A stretch of DNA of 48,932 nucleotides from a virus, in IMG/VR virus record IMGVR_UViG_3300037458_000314, positions 1 to 48,932 of that record. One strand, 5' to 3'. Every line of letters begins with the position of its first letter. The stretch's first letter is position 1. Below are positions 16,725 through 25,539 of this stretch, in pieces. Below the pieces are notes generated by a model. It was not told the DNA's origin. It saw nothing but the letters and a program-made list of their open reading frames with translations, and did not search any database. Position numbers and translations under genes: made by a program.

Positions 16725-16976
16725 ATGCCGACGTTCGGTGAGCTGTTCCCCAAGCACTTCGCCAAGGTTGATGTACAGGACCGACAGGTTGGCGGTGACC
16801 ACTACGCCAAGCGCGTCATCCAACCGTGGGACATCGTGGCGGAGTACGGGCTCGACTTCTGGGAGGGCAACGCCCTGAAGTACCTGCTGCGCTGGCGCGA
16901 GAAGGGCGGGGTCGAAGACCTCCGCAAGGCGCAGCACTACATCGACTATCTGATCGAACGAGAGGTGAACCGATGA
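16725..16976 (+). CDS. DUF3310-family protein
   Basis: GGDHY...IQPWDI....FWEGNALKYLLRWREKGGVEDLRKAQHYIDYL matches the DUF3310 signature. Confidence 0.8.
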   Translation: MPTFGELFPKHFAKVDVQDRQVGGDHYAKRVIQPWDIVAEYGLDFWEGNALKYLLRWREKGGVEDLRKAQHYIDYLIEREVNR

Positions 16977-17350
16977 CTGAGCTTGCTCACAACTATCTGG
17001 AAGACAGCACGATAGTCCGTGCGTCGGCGGATGATGATTACGAGATGCTGACTGCCGTGCGCGGTGGCTTCGCCGGGGTAATCGACGCCCTCGTGGATGA
17101 AGACTTTGGCCTCATCGACGCAATCAAGGACGTTGACGTTACCATCCAGCACGCATTCGGCACCCGCCCGCATCCGCAAGACACAGAGGAAATGCGGAAG
17201 GCATACACCATCCCTGGACCGTCAGGCTGTGGCGTCGTTGGAACTTCCCTGGAGGCCATCATTGACGTGTCAGCGAGCGTCATGCAGTTGGTTTACGCCG
17301 TCCACGACCTGACACAAGCTGTCCGCGAACTGAAGGAGGAAACCCCATGA
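16973..17350 (+). CDS. Hypothetical acidic protein (125 aa)
   Basis: ATG overlaps the upstream TGA (ATGA). In-frame part of track ORF 16826..17350. Confidence 0.65.
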   Translation: MTELAHNYLEDSTIVRASADDDYEMLTAVRGGFAGVIDALVDEDFGLIDAIKDVDVTIQHAFGTRPHPQDTEEMRKAYTIPGPSGCGVVGTSLEAIIDVSASVMQLVYAVHDLTQAVRELKEETP

Positions 17351-17688
17351 CTGACCAGACCACCAACCCCATCGACGTAGAAGAAGCTGCGCAGGCGCTG
17401 CGCGAGGTCCAAGACATCTGCCCGGGCTGCGCGAGGGCTGCCGACCTCCTGGAGCAGCTGCACAAGTCCAACCAGGAGCTGGGCCAGCTCGTGCAGCAGA
17501 CCAACCAGGCCGCGTTGTACTTCCTCAACCTCGGGGACCAGCTCGACGCCCTGTGGGTGAACCACGTCGCGCTGCTCACGAAGCCCGAGCGGACGACCGA
17601 GGAAGCGGAGCAGTTGGCCGGCACGCTGTACCAGATTCACAACCTCAGTCTGATCCGCCAGGCGGCCAGGCAGGCGCCCAAGGCATGA
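17347..17688 (+). CDS. Hypothetical protein (113 aa)
   Basis: ATGA coupling at both ends. High GC3. Confidence 0.65.
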   Translation: MTDQTTNPIDVEEAAQALREVQDICPGCARAADLLEQLHKSNQELGQLVQQTNQAALYFLNLGDQLDALWVNHVALLTKPERTTEEAEQLAGTLYQIHNLSLIRQAARQAPKA

Positions 17689-17882
17689 TCGTGCACATGC
17701 TCTTTGGGACTGGCGCCGTCTGTCTCATGCTCTGGGCGGCGCTGTCTCTCCGAGACATAGAACTCACCCTGATCTGCGGGCTGTTCGCCTGGGTCGCCAC
17801 GGTGGCGATCTACCTCGCCGCCGGCACCCAGATCGACCAGCTCCAGGAGGAGGTGAAGCGGCTCAAAAAATATTCTTCTTGA
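17685..17882 (+). CDS. Small two-TM membrane protein (65 aa)
   Basis: ATG 17685 overlaps the upstream TGA. Hydrophobic segments FGTGAVCLMLWAALSL and LICGLFAWVATVAIYLAA. Confidence 0.55.
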   Translation: MIVHMLFGTGAVCLMLWAALSLRDIELTLICGLFAWVATVAIYLAAGTQIDQLQEEVKRLKKYSS

Positions 17883-17907
17883 TTTTTCCTAACACTTTGT
17901 CTAGTGT
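17879..17907 (+). promoter_or_regulatory. Possible sigma70-like promoter upstream of the SSB/polymerase block
   Basis: TTGATT, 17-nt spacer, TAGTGT in an AT-rich gap. The spacer contains a CCTAAC half-site and the inverted repeat AACACT..AGTGTT. Confidence 0.35.
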
Positions 17908-17979
17908 TGTTTGTGTTGGGCGACACCGCCCGACCCGACGCAAAGACGACTGAATCGCCCAGACGAGAGGTATCAACGT

Positions 17980-18555
17980 ATGGCAAGCAACACCCCTGCA
18001 ATCCGGACGCCCATCGGCATCCTGTCCTACCCCCACCTGTTCGTCCCGAAGCCGCCGGCGGAGGGCGCGGAGCCGCGCTTCTCCCTGGTCCTCGTCTTCC
18101 CCGAGGAGACGGTGAGGTCGCCCGAGTTCCAGGCTCTGAAGAAGGCCGCTGCGGCTGCCGTCAAGGAGCGGTGGGGCGACAAGGCTCCGGCCAACCTCCG
18201 GAACCCGTTCCGCAAGTGCTCCGAGAAGGAAGGCTCGCCGTTCGACGACCACCCCAACGGCATCTTCATCTCCGCCTGGACGAAGGTGGCCCCGGGGATC
18301 GTCGGCCCGCGCCTGGAGGAACTGATCGACCCGGCGGATGTCTTCGCCGGCCAGCTCGCCCGCTGCACCGTCCGCCCCTTCGCCTACGAGGCGGCGGGGA
18401 ACAAGGGCGTGTCTTTCGGCCTCAACAACATCCAGATCGTGAAACCCGACATGGACCGCCTCGACGGTCGCAAGCCGGCGCGTAACGACTTCGATGCGGT
18501 TGACGAGCCCGAGGCGGTGGCGGCCGGCGGCGACGACGCGGACGAGCCGTTCTAA
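17980..18555 (+). CDS. Single-stranded DNA-binding protein, DUF2815 type
   Basis: ATG 17980 is preceded by GAGAGG. GILSYPHLFVPKP....RFSLVLVFPEE resembles the DUF2815 N-terminus. Has an acidic C-terminal tail DDADEPF. Lies in the usual DUF2800/DUF2815/PolA neighbourhood. Confidence 0.75.
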   Translation: MASNTPAIRTPIGILSYPHLFVPKPPAEGAEPRFSLVLVFPEETVRSPEFQALKKAAAAAVKERWGDKAPANLRNPFRKCSEKEGSPFDDHPNGIFISAWTKVAPGIVGPRLEELIDPADVFAGQLARCTVRPFAYEAAGNKGVSFGLNNIQIVKPDMDRLDGRKPARNDFDAVDEPEAVAAGGDDADEPF

Positions 18556-18566
18556 CCACCCACCAC

Positions 18567-18598
18567 CACCGGGGGCCTCGCGCCCCCGGTGTCTTCCG
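18567..18598 (+). terminator. Hairpin / probable intrinsic terminator after the SSB gene
   Basis: 10-bp stem CACCGGGGGC/GCCCCCGGTG with a 5-nt loop, followed by TCTTCC. Confidence 0.5.
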
Positions 18599-18619
18599 CT
18601 GACACCGACGGAGACAACC

Positions 18620-18871
18620 ATGAACGACACCACCGAAACTCCCCGCCGTACCGTGGCAGAGGCCATGACGAACTGCACCACCAACATGAAGGCGCTCGAC
18701 GAAGCCCTGGAGTACCTGCTGGATCACGTCGAAGACGGTCCTGTGTCGATGAGTGTGGAGCAGATGCAGGGCATTGTCCGCCTGATGGGGTGCGCCCGGG
18801 ACGCCACCATGGCGTATCGGGAGATGCTGCAGACCATGCTGAAGGCGTCGGAGAAGGTGCCGTGTCACTGA
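18620..18871 (+). CDS. Hypothetical protein (83 aa)
   Basis: ATG 18620 is preceded by GGAG. In-frame part of track ORF 18494..18871. Confidence 0.6.
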   Translation: MNDTTETPRRTVAEAMTNCTTNMKALDEALEYLLDHVEDGPVSMSVEQMQGIVRLMGCARDATMAYREMLQTMLKASEKVPCH

Positions 18872-19296
18872 CACGCGCCGGCGTCATTCGTCTGCGGGCA
18901 GCCATCTACGGGGACACCGCAGGGTGTCCCTGTCAGACCGAGGCGACGCGGTGCCGGCACTACGAGAAGTGCCGAGACAAGGTGCTGGCCTGCCCCGCTT
19001 TCCGGATGTGGGCGTGTCGCATCACCAAAGCCAAGTACCGGGACTACTCGGACGAAGAACTGCGGACACCCACCAAGATCGACTACCTCCGCACCTTCCG
19101 CGACAACCGGGAGGAGGAGGACCTGGAGGACTACCTCTATGCTGTGGAAAACCAGAAAGGAAAAGCACGCCGAGCGGATGCGCGAGTGCTACAGGAGCGG
19201 GCTGAAGAAGACCCTCTCGACGGAGGCGGAGCGGAACAAGGAGGAAAGGATCCGCAACTGGGAGCGGCAATGGTCCTGGTACATCAAGCGCAGTGA
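18862..19296 (+). CDS. Cys-rich (zinc-binding-like) protein; 3' end uncertain
   Basis: GTG 18862 comes after GGAGAAGG. Contains CPCQTEATRCRHYEKCRDKVLACPAFRMWAC. After about 19139 this frame drops to about 46% GC3 and overlaps a better-coding frame. Confidence 0.5.
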   Translation: MSLTRAGVIRLRAAIYGDTAGCPCQTEATRCRHYEKCRDKVLACPAFRMWACRITKAKYRDYSDEELRTPTKIDYLRTFRDNREEEDLEDYLYAVENQKGKARRADARVLQERAEEDPLDGGGAEQGGKDPQLGAAMVLVHQAQ

Positions 19297-19354
19297 GATC
19301 AAGCGCCGAGACAGCAACGGTACGCTGGTCTTCGCCAAGGGACTGCTGAAGTGA
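19139..19354 (+). CDS. Small basic protein (71 aa) translationally coupled to the DNA polymerase
   Basis: ATG lies 8 nt after GGAGGA. About 87% GC3. Its stop overlaps the GTG of the polymerase (GTGA). Confidence 0.55.
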   Translation: MLWKTRKEKHAERMRECYRSGLKKTLSTEAERNKEERIRNWERQWSWYIKRSEIKRRDSNGTLVFAKGLLK

Positions 19355-21285
19355 TCACCCTCGACGTGGAGTCCTGCTCTCCGCTCGATCTGCGCCGTGT
19401 CGGGGCATACCGCTACTGGGCGCACCCCGACACGCGCGTCATCTGCCTGTCCTACAGCATCAACGGCGCGCTTCCGGCACTGTGGTTCCCGGACGATGCG
19501 CCGCCGCCGGTTTCCCTGATCGACGCGCTGACGGACGACAGCAATCTCGCCTACGCCCACAACGCGGTCTTTGAGCGGCTGGCGCTGCGAACCCTCCCGT
19601 TGCCGCAACTCGACCTCACTCGCTGGCGCTGCACGCAGGCGCGGGCGGCCTACTACGGGTTGCCCCTGTCTCTGGACAACGCTGCCGCCGCGCTCGGGCT
19701 GCCTGTGCAGAAAGACAAGGACGGTGCCGCCCTGATGAAGCGCATGGCCCGGCCGCGCAAGATCAACCCGGACGGTTCCTATGTCTGGTGGGACCGCACG
19801 GACCCGGACAAGCGTGACCGGCTCGGGCGCTACTGCACTCAGGACGTGATCGTCACCAACGCCCTCGTCGCTGCGCTGCCGGCAATCCCGGCGCAGGAGC
19901 GTTTGGTCTACCAGATGGACCAGGAGATCAACGACCTGGGGGTGCGGGTGGATGTCCCGCTGGTGCACAAGCTCGCCAGGTTGAGCGAACAGGCCAAGGC
20001 TCACCTGGACCAAGACATGGCGGCGGAGACAGGCGGCGCTGTCTTGGCCTGCTCGAACTCTGCCGCCCTGGTCCAGTGGCTGAAGTCCCATGGCGTGAAG
20101 ACCGAGTCCGTGAGCAAGCAGGCCATCATCGACCTGCTTGCCCTGCCCAACCTCCCGGACCAGATCAGGAAGGTGCTGACCCTGCGCCAGGAGGCCAGCA
20201 AGACATCCCTGGCCAAGCTGGATGTCCTGCTCGACGCAGCACTGCCCGATACCCACCGGGTCCATGGCACGCTGCAATACTACGGCGCCAACCGGACGGG
20301 CCGCTGGGCGGGCCGGCTGCTCCAGACACACAACCTGCCACGCCCGGCCTTCAAGCACCCCGAGCGGGCGGCGGACGCCGTCGCCGCGGGCATGGACCTG
20401 GAAGGCCTGGACCTGTTCTTCCCCACCACCCCGCTGACCACGATGTCTTCCGTGATCCGGGCGTGTTTCGTTCCCCGCCCGGGCCACCGCTTCGTGGTCT
20501 GCGACTTCGCCGGCATCGAGGCCCGGGTGGTGGCCTGGCTCGCCGGACAGCAGGACACGCTGGATGTCTTCGAGCGGGGCGAAGACATCTACGTCTACAC
20601 GGCAGCCAAGATCGGGTCTGACAGCCGGGCGCTGGGGAAAGCCCTGGTGCTGGGCTGCGGGTATGGCCTGGGGCCGGCGAAGTTCGCCGAGACAGCGCAC
20701 CAGTGGGGCGCCAAGGTGACACCAGTCCAAGCCGAGCAGGCTGTCTCAGCCTGGAGGCAGGCCAACCCCAAGATCGTCGAGTTCTGGTACTCCCTGGATC
20801 GGGCAGTCCGGATGGTTCTGCGCCAACGCGGTCCGCGCGAGGCGAGCTGTTCTTCGCCGCACATCAACGTCGCCCGCCACTACCTCGTCGGCGAGGAAGT
20901 GCTGACCCTCACCCTGCCCTCCAAGCGCAAGCTGTACTACTGGAGCCCACGGCTGACCGAGGACGACCAGATCGAGGTCTGGGGGCCGGACCCCGTCACC
21001 AAGGCCTGGGGCCCGCTGCGCACCTACGGCGGGAAGCTGGTCGAGAACGTCACCCAAGCCGTCGCTCGGGACCTCCTGGTCCGCGCCATGTGGGAGATGC
21101 GTCGGCTGGGCTGGGACATCGTGCTGCACGTTCACGACGAGATCGTCGTGGAAGCCCCTGAGAGGCTTTCCAGGCTGGCCTTGCGAGACATCAAGGCCGC
21201 GATGACATCACCGCCGCCGTGGGCCGCAGGGCTGCCCCTGGAGGCTGCAGGCGGCATCCTCACTCGCTACGGGAAACCTGACTGA
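19351..21285 (+). CDS. Family A DNA polymerase with 3'-5' exonuclease domain
   Basis: Exo motif ITLDVES; polymerase motif A VVCDFAGIEARV; motif B KALVLGCGYGLG; motif C LHVHDEIVVE. Confidence 0.92.
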   Translation: MITLDVESCSPLDLRRVGAYRYWAHPDTRVICLSYSINGALPALWFPDDAPPPVSLIDALTDDSNLAYAHNAVFERLALRTLPLPQLDLTRWRCTQARAAYYGLPLSLDNAAAALGLPVQKDKDGAALMKRMARPRKINPDGSYVWWDRTDPDKRDRLGRYCTQDVIVTNALVAALPAIPAQERLVYQMDQEINDLGVRVDVPLVHKLARLSEQAKAHLDQDMAAETGGAVLACSNSAALVQWLKSHGVKTESVSKQAIIDLLALPNLPDQIRKVLTLRQEASKTSLAKLDVLLDAALPDTHRVHGTLQYYGANRTGRWAGRLLQTHNLPRPAFKHPERAADAVAAGMDLEGLDLFFPTTPLTTMSSVIRACFVPRPGHRFVVCDFAGIEARVVAWLAGQQDTLDVFERGEDIYVYTAAKIGSDSRALGKALVLGCGYGLGPAKFAETAHQWGAKVTPVQAEQAVSAWRQANPKIVEFWYSLDRAVRMVLRQRGPREASCSSPHINVARHYLVGEEVLTLTLPSKRKLYYWSPRLTEDDQIEVWGPDPVTKAWGPLRTYGGKLVENVTQAVARDLLVRAMWEMRRLGWDIVLHVHDEIVVEAPERLSRLALRDIKAAMTSPPPWAAGLPLEAAGGILTRYGKPD

Positions 21286-21286
21286 C

Positions 21287-21451
21287 ATGAACCAGCCTAG
21301 AAAGCCCTTCCTGGCCAGGACAGAACACGCGATGGCCGATTACGAAACGATTGAGCGTGTACAAGCCGAGACGGAGGAGCAGGCTCGCTCGATACTGGAG
21401 AGCCACGGGTACACCGTCTACGAAGTCTGGGAGGACACCGAAGATGATTGA
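21287..21451 (+). CDS. Small acidic hypothetical protein (54 aa), tentative
   Basis: ATG is 2 nt after the polymerase stop. Below the track cut-off. Overlaps the next ATG by 8 nt. Confidence 0.4.
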   Translation: MNQPRKPFLARTEHAMADYETIERVQAETEEQARSILESHGYTVYEVWEDTEDD

Positions 21452-21656
21452 CCCCGACCCTATCCGTCGGCTTACCGGCCTGATCACCGAGCTTGAACAG
21501 GCCGCCCTGCACGAGGACCGGCGCTACAAGCACCCCGCGCCCCGTGTCCGCGAGTACGTCCGGGTCCCGGCTGCGCTCCTCCTGGCAGCCGCCAAGGAAC
21601 TCCGGAAGCTGCGAGCCGACCATGCTTGCAAAACACCACCGTCAGTGTCTCCCTGA
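21444..21656 (+). CDS. Hypothetical protein (70 aa)
   Basis: In-frame ATG 21444 of track ORF 21351..21656. High GC3. Confidence 0.55.
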   Translation: MIDPDPIRRLTGLITELEQAALHEDRRYKHPAPRVREYVRVPAALLLAAAKELRKLRADHACKTPPSVSP

Positions 21657-21817
21657 TTGGGCTACACTGAACACCACTGCTAGCACGGGGGTTTCATTCC
21701 ACCGTATTGCCGATGCGGGCCTGTTTGCTCTCCCCGTGCCACCGCCAGCCGGTGAAGATGTGGGGCGCAGGCAACTCCAACACCCCGCGCTGGGCGGGTA
21801 ATCGGCTGACCCAGCAC

Positions 21818-21846
21818 AAAAAAAAGCCCCGGGGGTTAGCCGGGGC
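21818..21846 (-). terminator. Leftward-facing intrinsic-terminator-like element (A8 plus GC hairpin on the plus strand)
   Basis: Stem GCCCCGG (21826-21832) pairs with CCGGGGC (21840-21846), with a 7-nt loop. Read on the minus strand it is followed by T8 (21825-21818). Confidence 0.45.
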
Positions 21847-21916
21847 GAAGACACCTACCGAGGAACGAGAACCTTACCCGAGAACCCTAGCGCCGCTCGC
21901 CGAGGAATCTCTGCCG

Positions 21917-24226
21917 ATGAAGTCTAGCACACCCGACACAAACGACAAGGCACTTCCTGGCACCACGTCAGGCATCACCACGACTGAGTACCCGGTCCAC
22001 TACGTCCCGGCCAAGGGGCTGTTGCGGAAGGTCTGGGAGAACTTCTCCAAGCGGGTCATCCCGCTCAAGCCCGGGGACAAGCGCCCCGAGATACCCGGCT
22101 GGCAGAAGCGCGGCGTGGCCACCCCGGGCGAGATCACCGGCTGGGAGATGACCTACGGCCCCCGCGCCGGGGTCGGCCTGCTGCTGGGCAAGGGCTGGTT
22201 TGCGCTGGACCACGACATCACCACGCCGTTGGTGCACGAGGTCGTAGGGTTCGCTGACCTCTGTCTCGGACCGACTGCCCGGAGACAGGGACAAGCCCCC
22301 AAGACGCTGCAGCTCTACCGTTTGGTCGACGACAAGGGCAACCCGGCGTCCTACCCCTCCACCAATATCCAGGTCGACGCGAACGACCCAACCCAACGCA
22401 TCCAGATCATGGGGACGACGGCGAACGGCGAATCCCACTCGCAGATCGTGATCGCCGGCATCCACCCGAAGACGAACGCCGCCTACGCCTGGACGCACGA
22501 TGTCTTCTCCCCCGGTGGCCTGGACCACATCGGGGTGGTGACGGTGGAAGAACTCCGGGCGTTCGAGCAGGCTCTGCGAAACCAGTTCGAGCGTGTCTCG
22601 GTCCCTGTCTCGGGGACCCCGGCACCTCCCAAACCCACCTCGCCAGTCACCGTCAGAATCCCACCTGTCTTCCAGCACGTCCCGGCGGACCTGCACGAGT
22701 GGGGTTTGGATGACCAGTTGATTTGTCGACTGAACGAGATCGAGTCCGCGCAGGACAAGAGCGCCGAGGTGCTGGGGATCGCCGACCAGCTGTACCAGTT
22801 GAGACTGCAGGACGAGCAAATCCTGTCTCTGCTGACAGACAGCAACCACTTCTCGCAAGCCTGGATCGAAGACAAGCACCGCCGAGGGAACAGACACGCC
22901 CGCGCCGACTGGCTGGCCAAGTACGTCTTGGCGAAGGCCAAGACCGAGTTCTGGGTGCCACCGGCGGCGGAGGACTTCGACCCGGTCGAGGACCAGCTCG
23001 CTGCCCCCGAGAAGGTGGCGAAGCACAACAAGCGGATCGAGGTGCGGGCTGTCTCCGCCCGCTCTCTGGCTGGCCTGGCGCCACCGGACCGCCCCTGGTT
23101 GATCCAGGACCTGATCCCGCGGAGGGTCGTGACAGCCCTCTACGGGCCGCCAGGGCTCGGCAAGACAATGGCCGGTGTCCAGGCCTGTCTTTCGGTCGCC
23201 TTCGGCGCTACATGGCTGGGAGAGCCTGTCCTGGGTGGTCCCGGCGTCGCCATCGGCCTGTTCTGCGAGGACGACGCGGACGAGATTCACCGCCGCATCG
23301 ACTGGACGTGCAAGGCGCTGGGCTACGACCTTGCACAGATGCCGGCTGACGGGGACTTCCTGATCCTCGATCGCTCCGCCGAGATCAGCAACACTTGGAT
23401 GGAGTTCCAGGGCGAACACGGCGAGGGCAAGGCGACCGAGCTGTTCCAGGCCTTCAGACAGTTCTGCGAGGCACGCCGGGGCAAGCTCAAGCTGATCGTC
23501 ATGGACGTGGTCGCGGACTTCTTTGGCGGCAACGAGAACTCCAGGAGACACGTCAACCAGTTCATCAAGGGGCCGCTGGCGCTGATCGCCAAAGAGTTCG
23601 ACATCGCGTTCATCTTCCTCGCCCACCCGTCGAAGGCTGGGCAGCTGGACGGCTCGGGGCACTCCGGGTCGACATCCTGGCAGGGATCAGTCAGGTCCCA
23701 GCTGAACCTGATGCCCTACCACACGGACGGAGACACGTCGAACAAGGCGACCCTGGTGGCGGACATGGCCCGCATGGTGGTGGTGAAGTCCAACTACACC
23801 GACGCCAAGAGTTCCCTGCGCACGGACGGTTTGGTGCTCCGGAGAGGCATGGGCGGCGTGCTGCTGCGCGATACCTCGATGGGCGCAGCCATCACCACCG
23901 CCCGCGAGGCGCAGGCCGAGGCGCTGGTGCGCGAGGCGGTGCGGGAGCTGACAACGCGAGGGCTGGCGCCGTCACTGTCCCGGTTCAAGCCGGACCAGTA
24001 CATCCCGGCCATCGCGGTGAAGATCGGGGCCCGGACCGGGACCACCATCAGCAAGGACGAGTGCCGAGACATGGCGGACAGGCTGGTGGCCCGGGGTGTC
24101 TTGGTCGAGATCAAGATCGGGCAGAGACACGGGCGCAAGCCGATCTACGGCTTGGGCCTGGCGGACGAGATGGGCGGAGGGACGGAGACAGGGAGCCCGG
24201 AGACAGACCCGGACTCCCCGTTCTGA
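21917..24226 (+). CDS. Bifunctional primase-polymerase (prim-pol) fused to a RecA-fold (AAA_25/RepA-like) helicase
   Basis: ATG 21917 comes after GAGGA. Prim-pol-type IPLKPGDKRPEIPGWQ and ALDHD. Walker A YGPPGLGKT, Walker B LIVMDVV. The upstream 70 codons of the track ORF are Arg/Cys-rich and cross a hairpin. Confidence 0.85.
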   Translation: MKSSTPDTNDKALPGTTSGITTTEYPVHYVPAKGLLRKVWENFSKRVIPLKPGDKRPEIPGWQKRGVATPGEITGWEMTYGPRAGVGLLLGKGWFALDHDITTPLVHEVVGFADLCLGPTARRQGQAPKTLQLYRLVDDKGNPASYPSTNIQVDANDPTQRIQIMGTTANGESHSQIVIAGIHPKTNAAYAWTHDVFSPGGLDHIGVVTVEELRAFEQALRNQFERVSVPVSGTPAPPKPTSPVTVRIPPVFQHVPADLHEWGLDDQLICRLNEIESAQDKSAEVLGIADQLYQLRLQDEQILSLLTDSNHFSQAWIEDKHRRGNRHARADWLAKYVLAKAKTEFWVPPAAEDFDPVEDQLAAPEKVAKHNKRIEVRAVSARSLAGLAPPDRPWLIQDLIPRRVVTALYGPPGLGKTMAGVQACLSVAFGATWLGEPVLGGPGVAIGLFCEDDADEIHRRIDWTCKALGYDLAQMPADGDFLILDRSAEISNTWMEFQGEHGEGKATELFQAFRQFCEARRGKLKLIVMDVVADFFGGNENSRRHVNQFIKGPLALIAKEFDIAFIFLAHPSKAGQLDGSGHSGSTSWQGSVRSQLNLMPYHTDGDTSNKATLVADMARMVVVKSNYTDAKSSLRTDGLVLRRGMGGVLLRDTSMGAAITTAREAQAEALVREAVRELTTRGLAPSLSRFKPDQYIPAIAVKIGARTGTTISKDECRDMADRLVARGVLVEIKIGQRHGRKPIYGLGLADEMGGGTETGSPETDPDSPF

Positions 24227-24227
24227 G

Positions 24228-25070
24228 TCATTGCCCCAGCCTCTTAGATGACAGGGCTTTCCCGATGCGGTGGTCAAGGTCTTTGTGGGCTGCGGTACTT
24301 CTAAAGACGGAATTCGCCCGCATGACCTTTCGGCATTCTTTCAACAAATCCCGCAGCTCTCCAACCTGAACTGTCCTACTAGCAGAGTGCTTCGCAAGCC
24401 GCTCTATCTCGGCTTCAAGTCCCTGAACGTAGGACAGCACGAACGCCCGATCTGTCTCAGCGTCCGTTATTTTTCGACCAAACCCTCTCTCGGCAATCCC
24501 GATCAAATACCTTAAGGATTCTGTCAGCCGCAGTACATCCAGCGCCCACTGTGCATCGCGTTCGCGTAGCCGCTCTATCTCTTTGAATTGTGCGGACCAC
24601 TCGTCCGTCACACGCTGCAGTGCTTGGGCGCGGCCCTCTGCGCGGTTCTGCCACAGAGTTAGCTCGCCAGTCAGCCGCTCGATTTCATTGTGCGCGTTCG
24701 CCAACTCACTCACGCAATCGTTGCCAGGATAGGCCGGTGGCTCGCACTCGGCGCAAGCCAGCTCATCTCTCAGCTGCTTGATCTCGGCATCCTGCCTATC
24801 GAGTCGCGTCAGTGCTTCGCCAACCAGCTTGGCTTCGTCTACTAGCTTCGCTGGGCTGCTTGCGATGCTGGAAGCAACGGAGGCGATGATGCCGTTCAGC
24901 CGTGCGATGTCTTCCGCCTGCCCCTTTATCACTGCATGGTCCACCAAGCGACACGCCTTGAGTTCTGCCTCTGCTTTGGCGAGGGCGTTCTGTAGCTCGG
25001 CCTTTTCGAGCATCAACTCCGCGGCCAGTGCTTTCATGGCCTCGTAGCCTTTCTGTGTCGTGTCTGTCAT
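24228..25070 (-). CDS. Coiled-coil hypothetical protein (280 aa), lower GC than the genome
   Basis: ATG 25070 comes after GGGAGAC. Long heptad-like helices. Visibly lower GC3 than neighbouring genes. Its stop is 1 nt from the convergent primase stop. Confidence 0.65.
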   Translation of the reverse strand: MTDTTQKGYEAMKALAAELMLEKAELQNALAKAEAELKACRLVDHAVIKGQAEDIARLNGIIASVASSIASSPAKLVDEAKLVGEALTRLDRQDAEIKQLRDELACAECEPPAYPGNDCVSELANAHNEIERLTGELTLWQNRAEGRAQALQRVTDEWSAQFKEIERLRERDAQWALDVLRLTESLRYLIGIAERGFGRKITDAETDRAFVLSYVQGLEAEIERLAKHSASRTVQVGELRDLLKECRKVMRANSVFRSTAAHKDLDHRIGKALSSKRLGQ

Positions 25071-25145
25071 GTCTGTCTCCCGTCTCTCACCATCCCGTGA
25101 CAGTGTCTTTGCCGCAGCCGGCGGGCAGGGACCAGCCAAAGATGC

Positions 25146-25514
25146 TCACGGGGCCTCCGTCGCGTTCTCGATGGCTTCCTGAATCAGGAAGTCCAGGTAG
25201 TCCAGGGTTTCACCCAGGTCTTTGTCGTTGAAGGGGAAGCGCAGGGTCTGCGCGGGTGTCTCGTACCAGCCTTCACCTGTCTCCGTGCCGGCCCGCAGGA
25301 CGATGCCTCTGCAGGGCTCGCATTCGGCCAGGACCGGGCTCGCCTCGTAGGGGATTTCCAGTTCGCCCGTTCGGTCGTGGTGGTTGGCGACCAGATAGCT
25401 CGTTTGCGGGGCGGACAGTCGGCAGGACTGGTAGATCGTCCGGCCGAAGGTGTAGGGGTTGGGCTCGGCGTGGGCGGCCAGAAGCTCGGGGAGGGTGGTG
25501 TAGATCGCGGCCAT
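25146..25514 (-). CDS. Hypothetical protein (122 aa), first gene of a leftward unit
   Basis: ATG 25514 comes after GGAG. Acidic. No recognisable motif. Confidence 0.65.
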   Translation of the reverse strand: MAAIYTTLPELLAAHAEPNPYTFGRTIYQSCRLSAPQTSYLVANHHDRTGELEIPYEASPVLAECEPCRGIVLRAGTETGEGWYETPAQTLRFPFNDKDLGETLDYLDFLIQEAIENATEAP

Positions 25515-25539
25515 TTCGGGGCTCCGTCGGTCAGTGAAT

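Noticed and set aside
21707-21916. N-terminal 70-codon extension of the primase ORF given by the track
   Set aside because: It is Arg/Cys/Lys-rich and crosses the A8 run and the hairpin. A proper ATG with GAGGA lies at 21917, just before the conserved prim-pol motifs.
21657-21916. tRNA or other structured RNA gene in the non-coding gaps (also 30207-30637 and 25823-26047)
   Set aside because: No cloverleaf with a GTTCRANYC-type T-loop could be found by eye. Only simple hairpins are present. A covariance-model scan would be needed to exclude small RNAs.
19189-23662. 513-aa and 564-aa minus-strand ORFs (19189..20730 and 21968..23662)
   Set aside because: They are antisense to the DNA polymerase and prim-pol/helicase genes, which carry unambiguous catalytic motifs on the plus strand.
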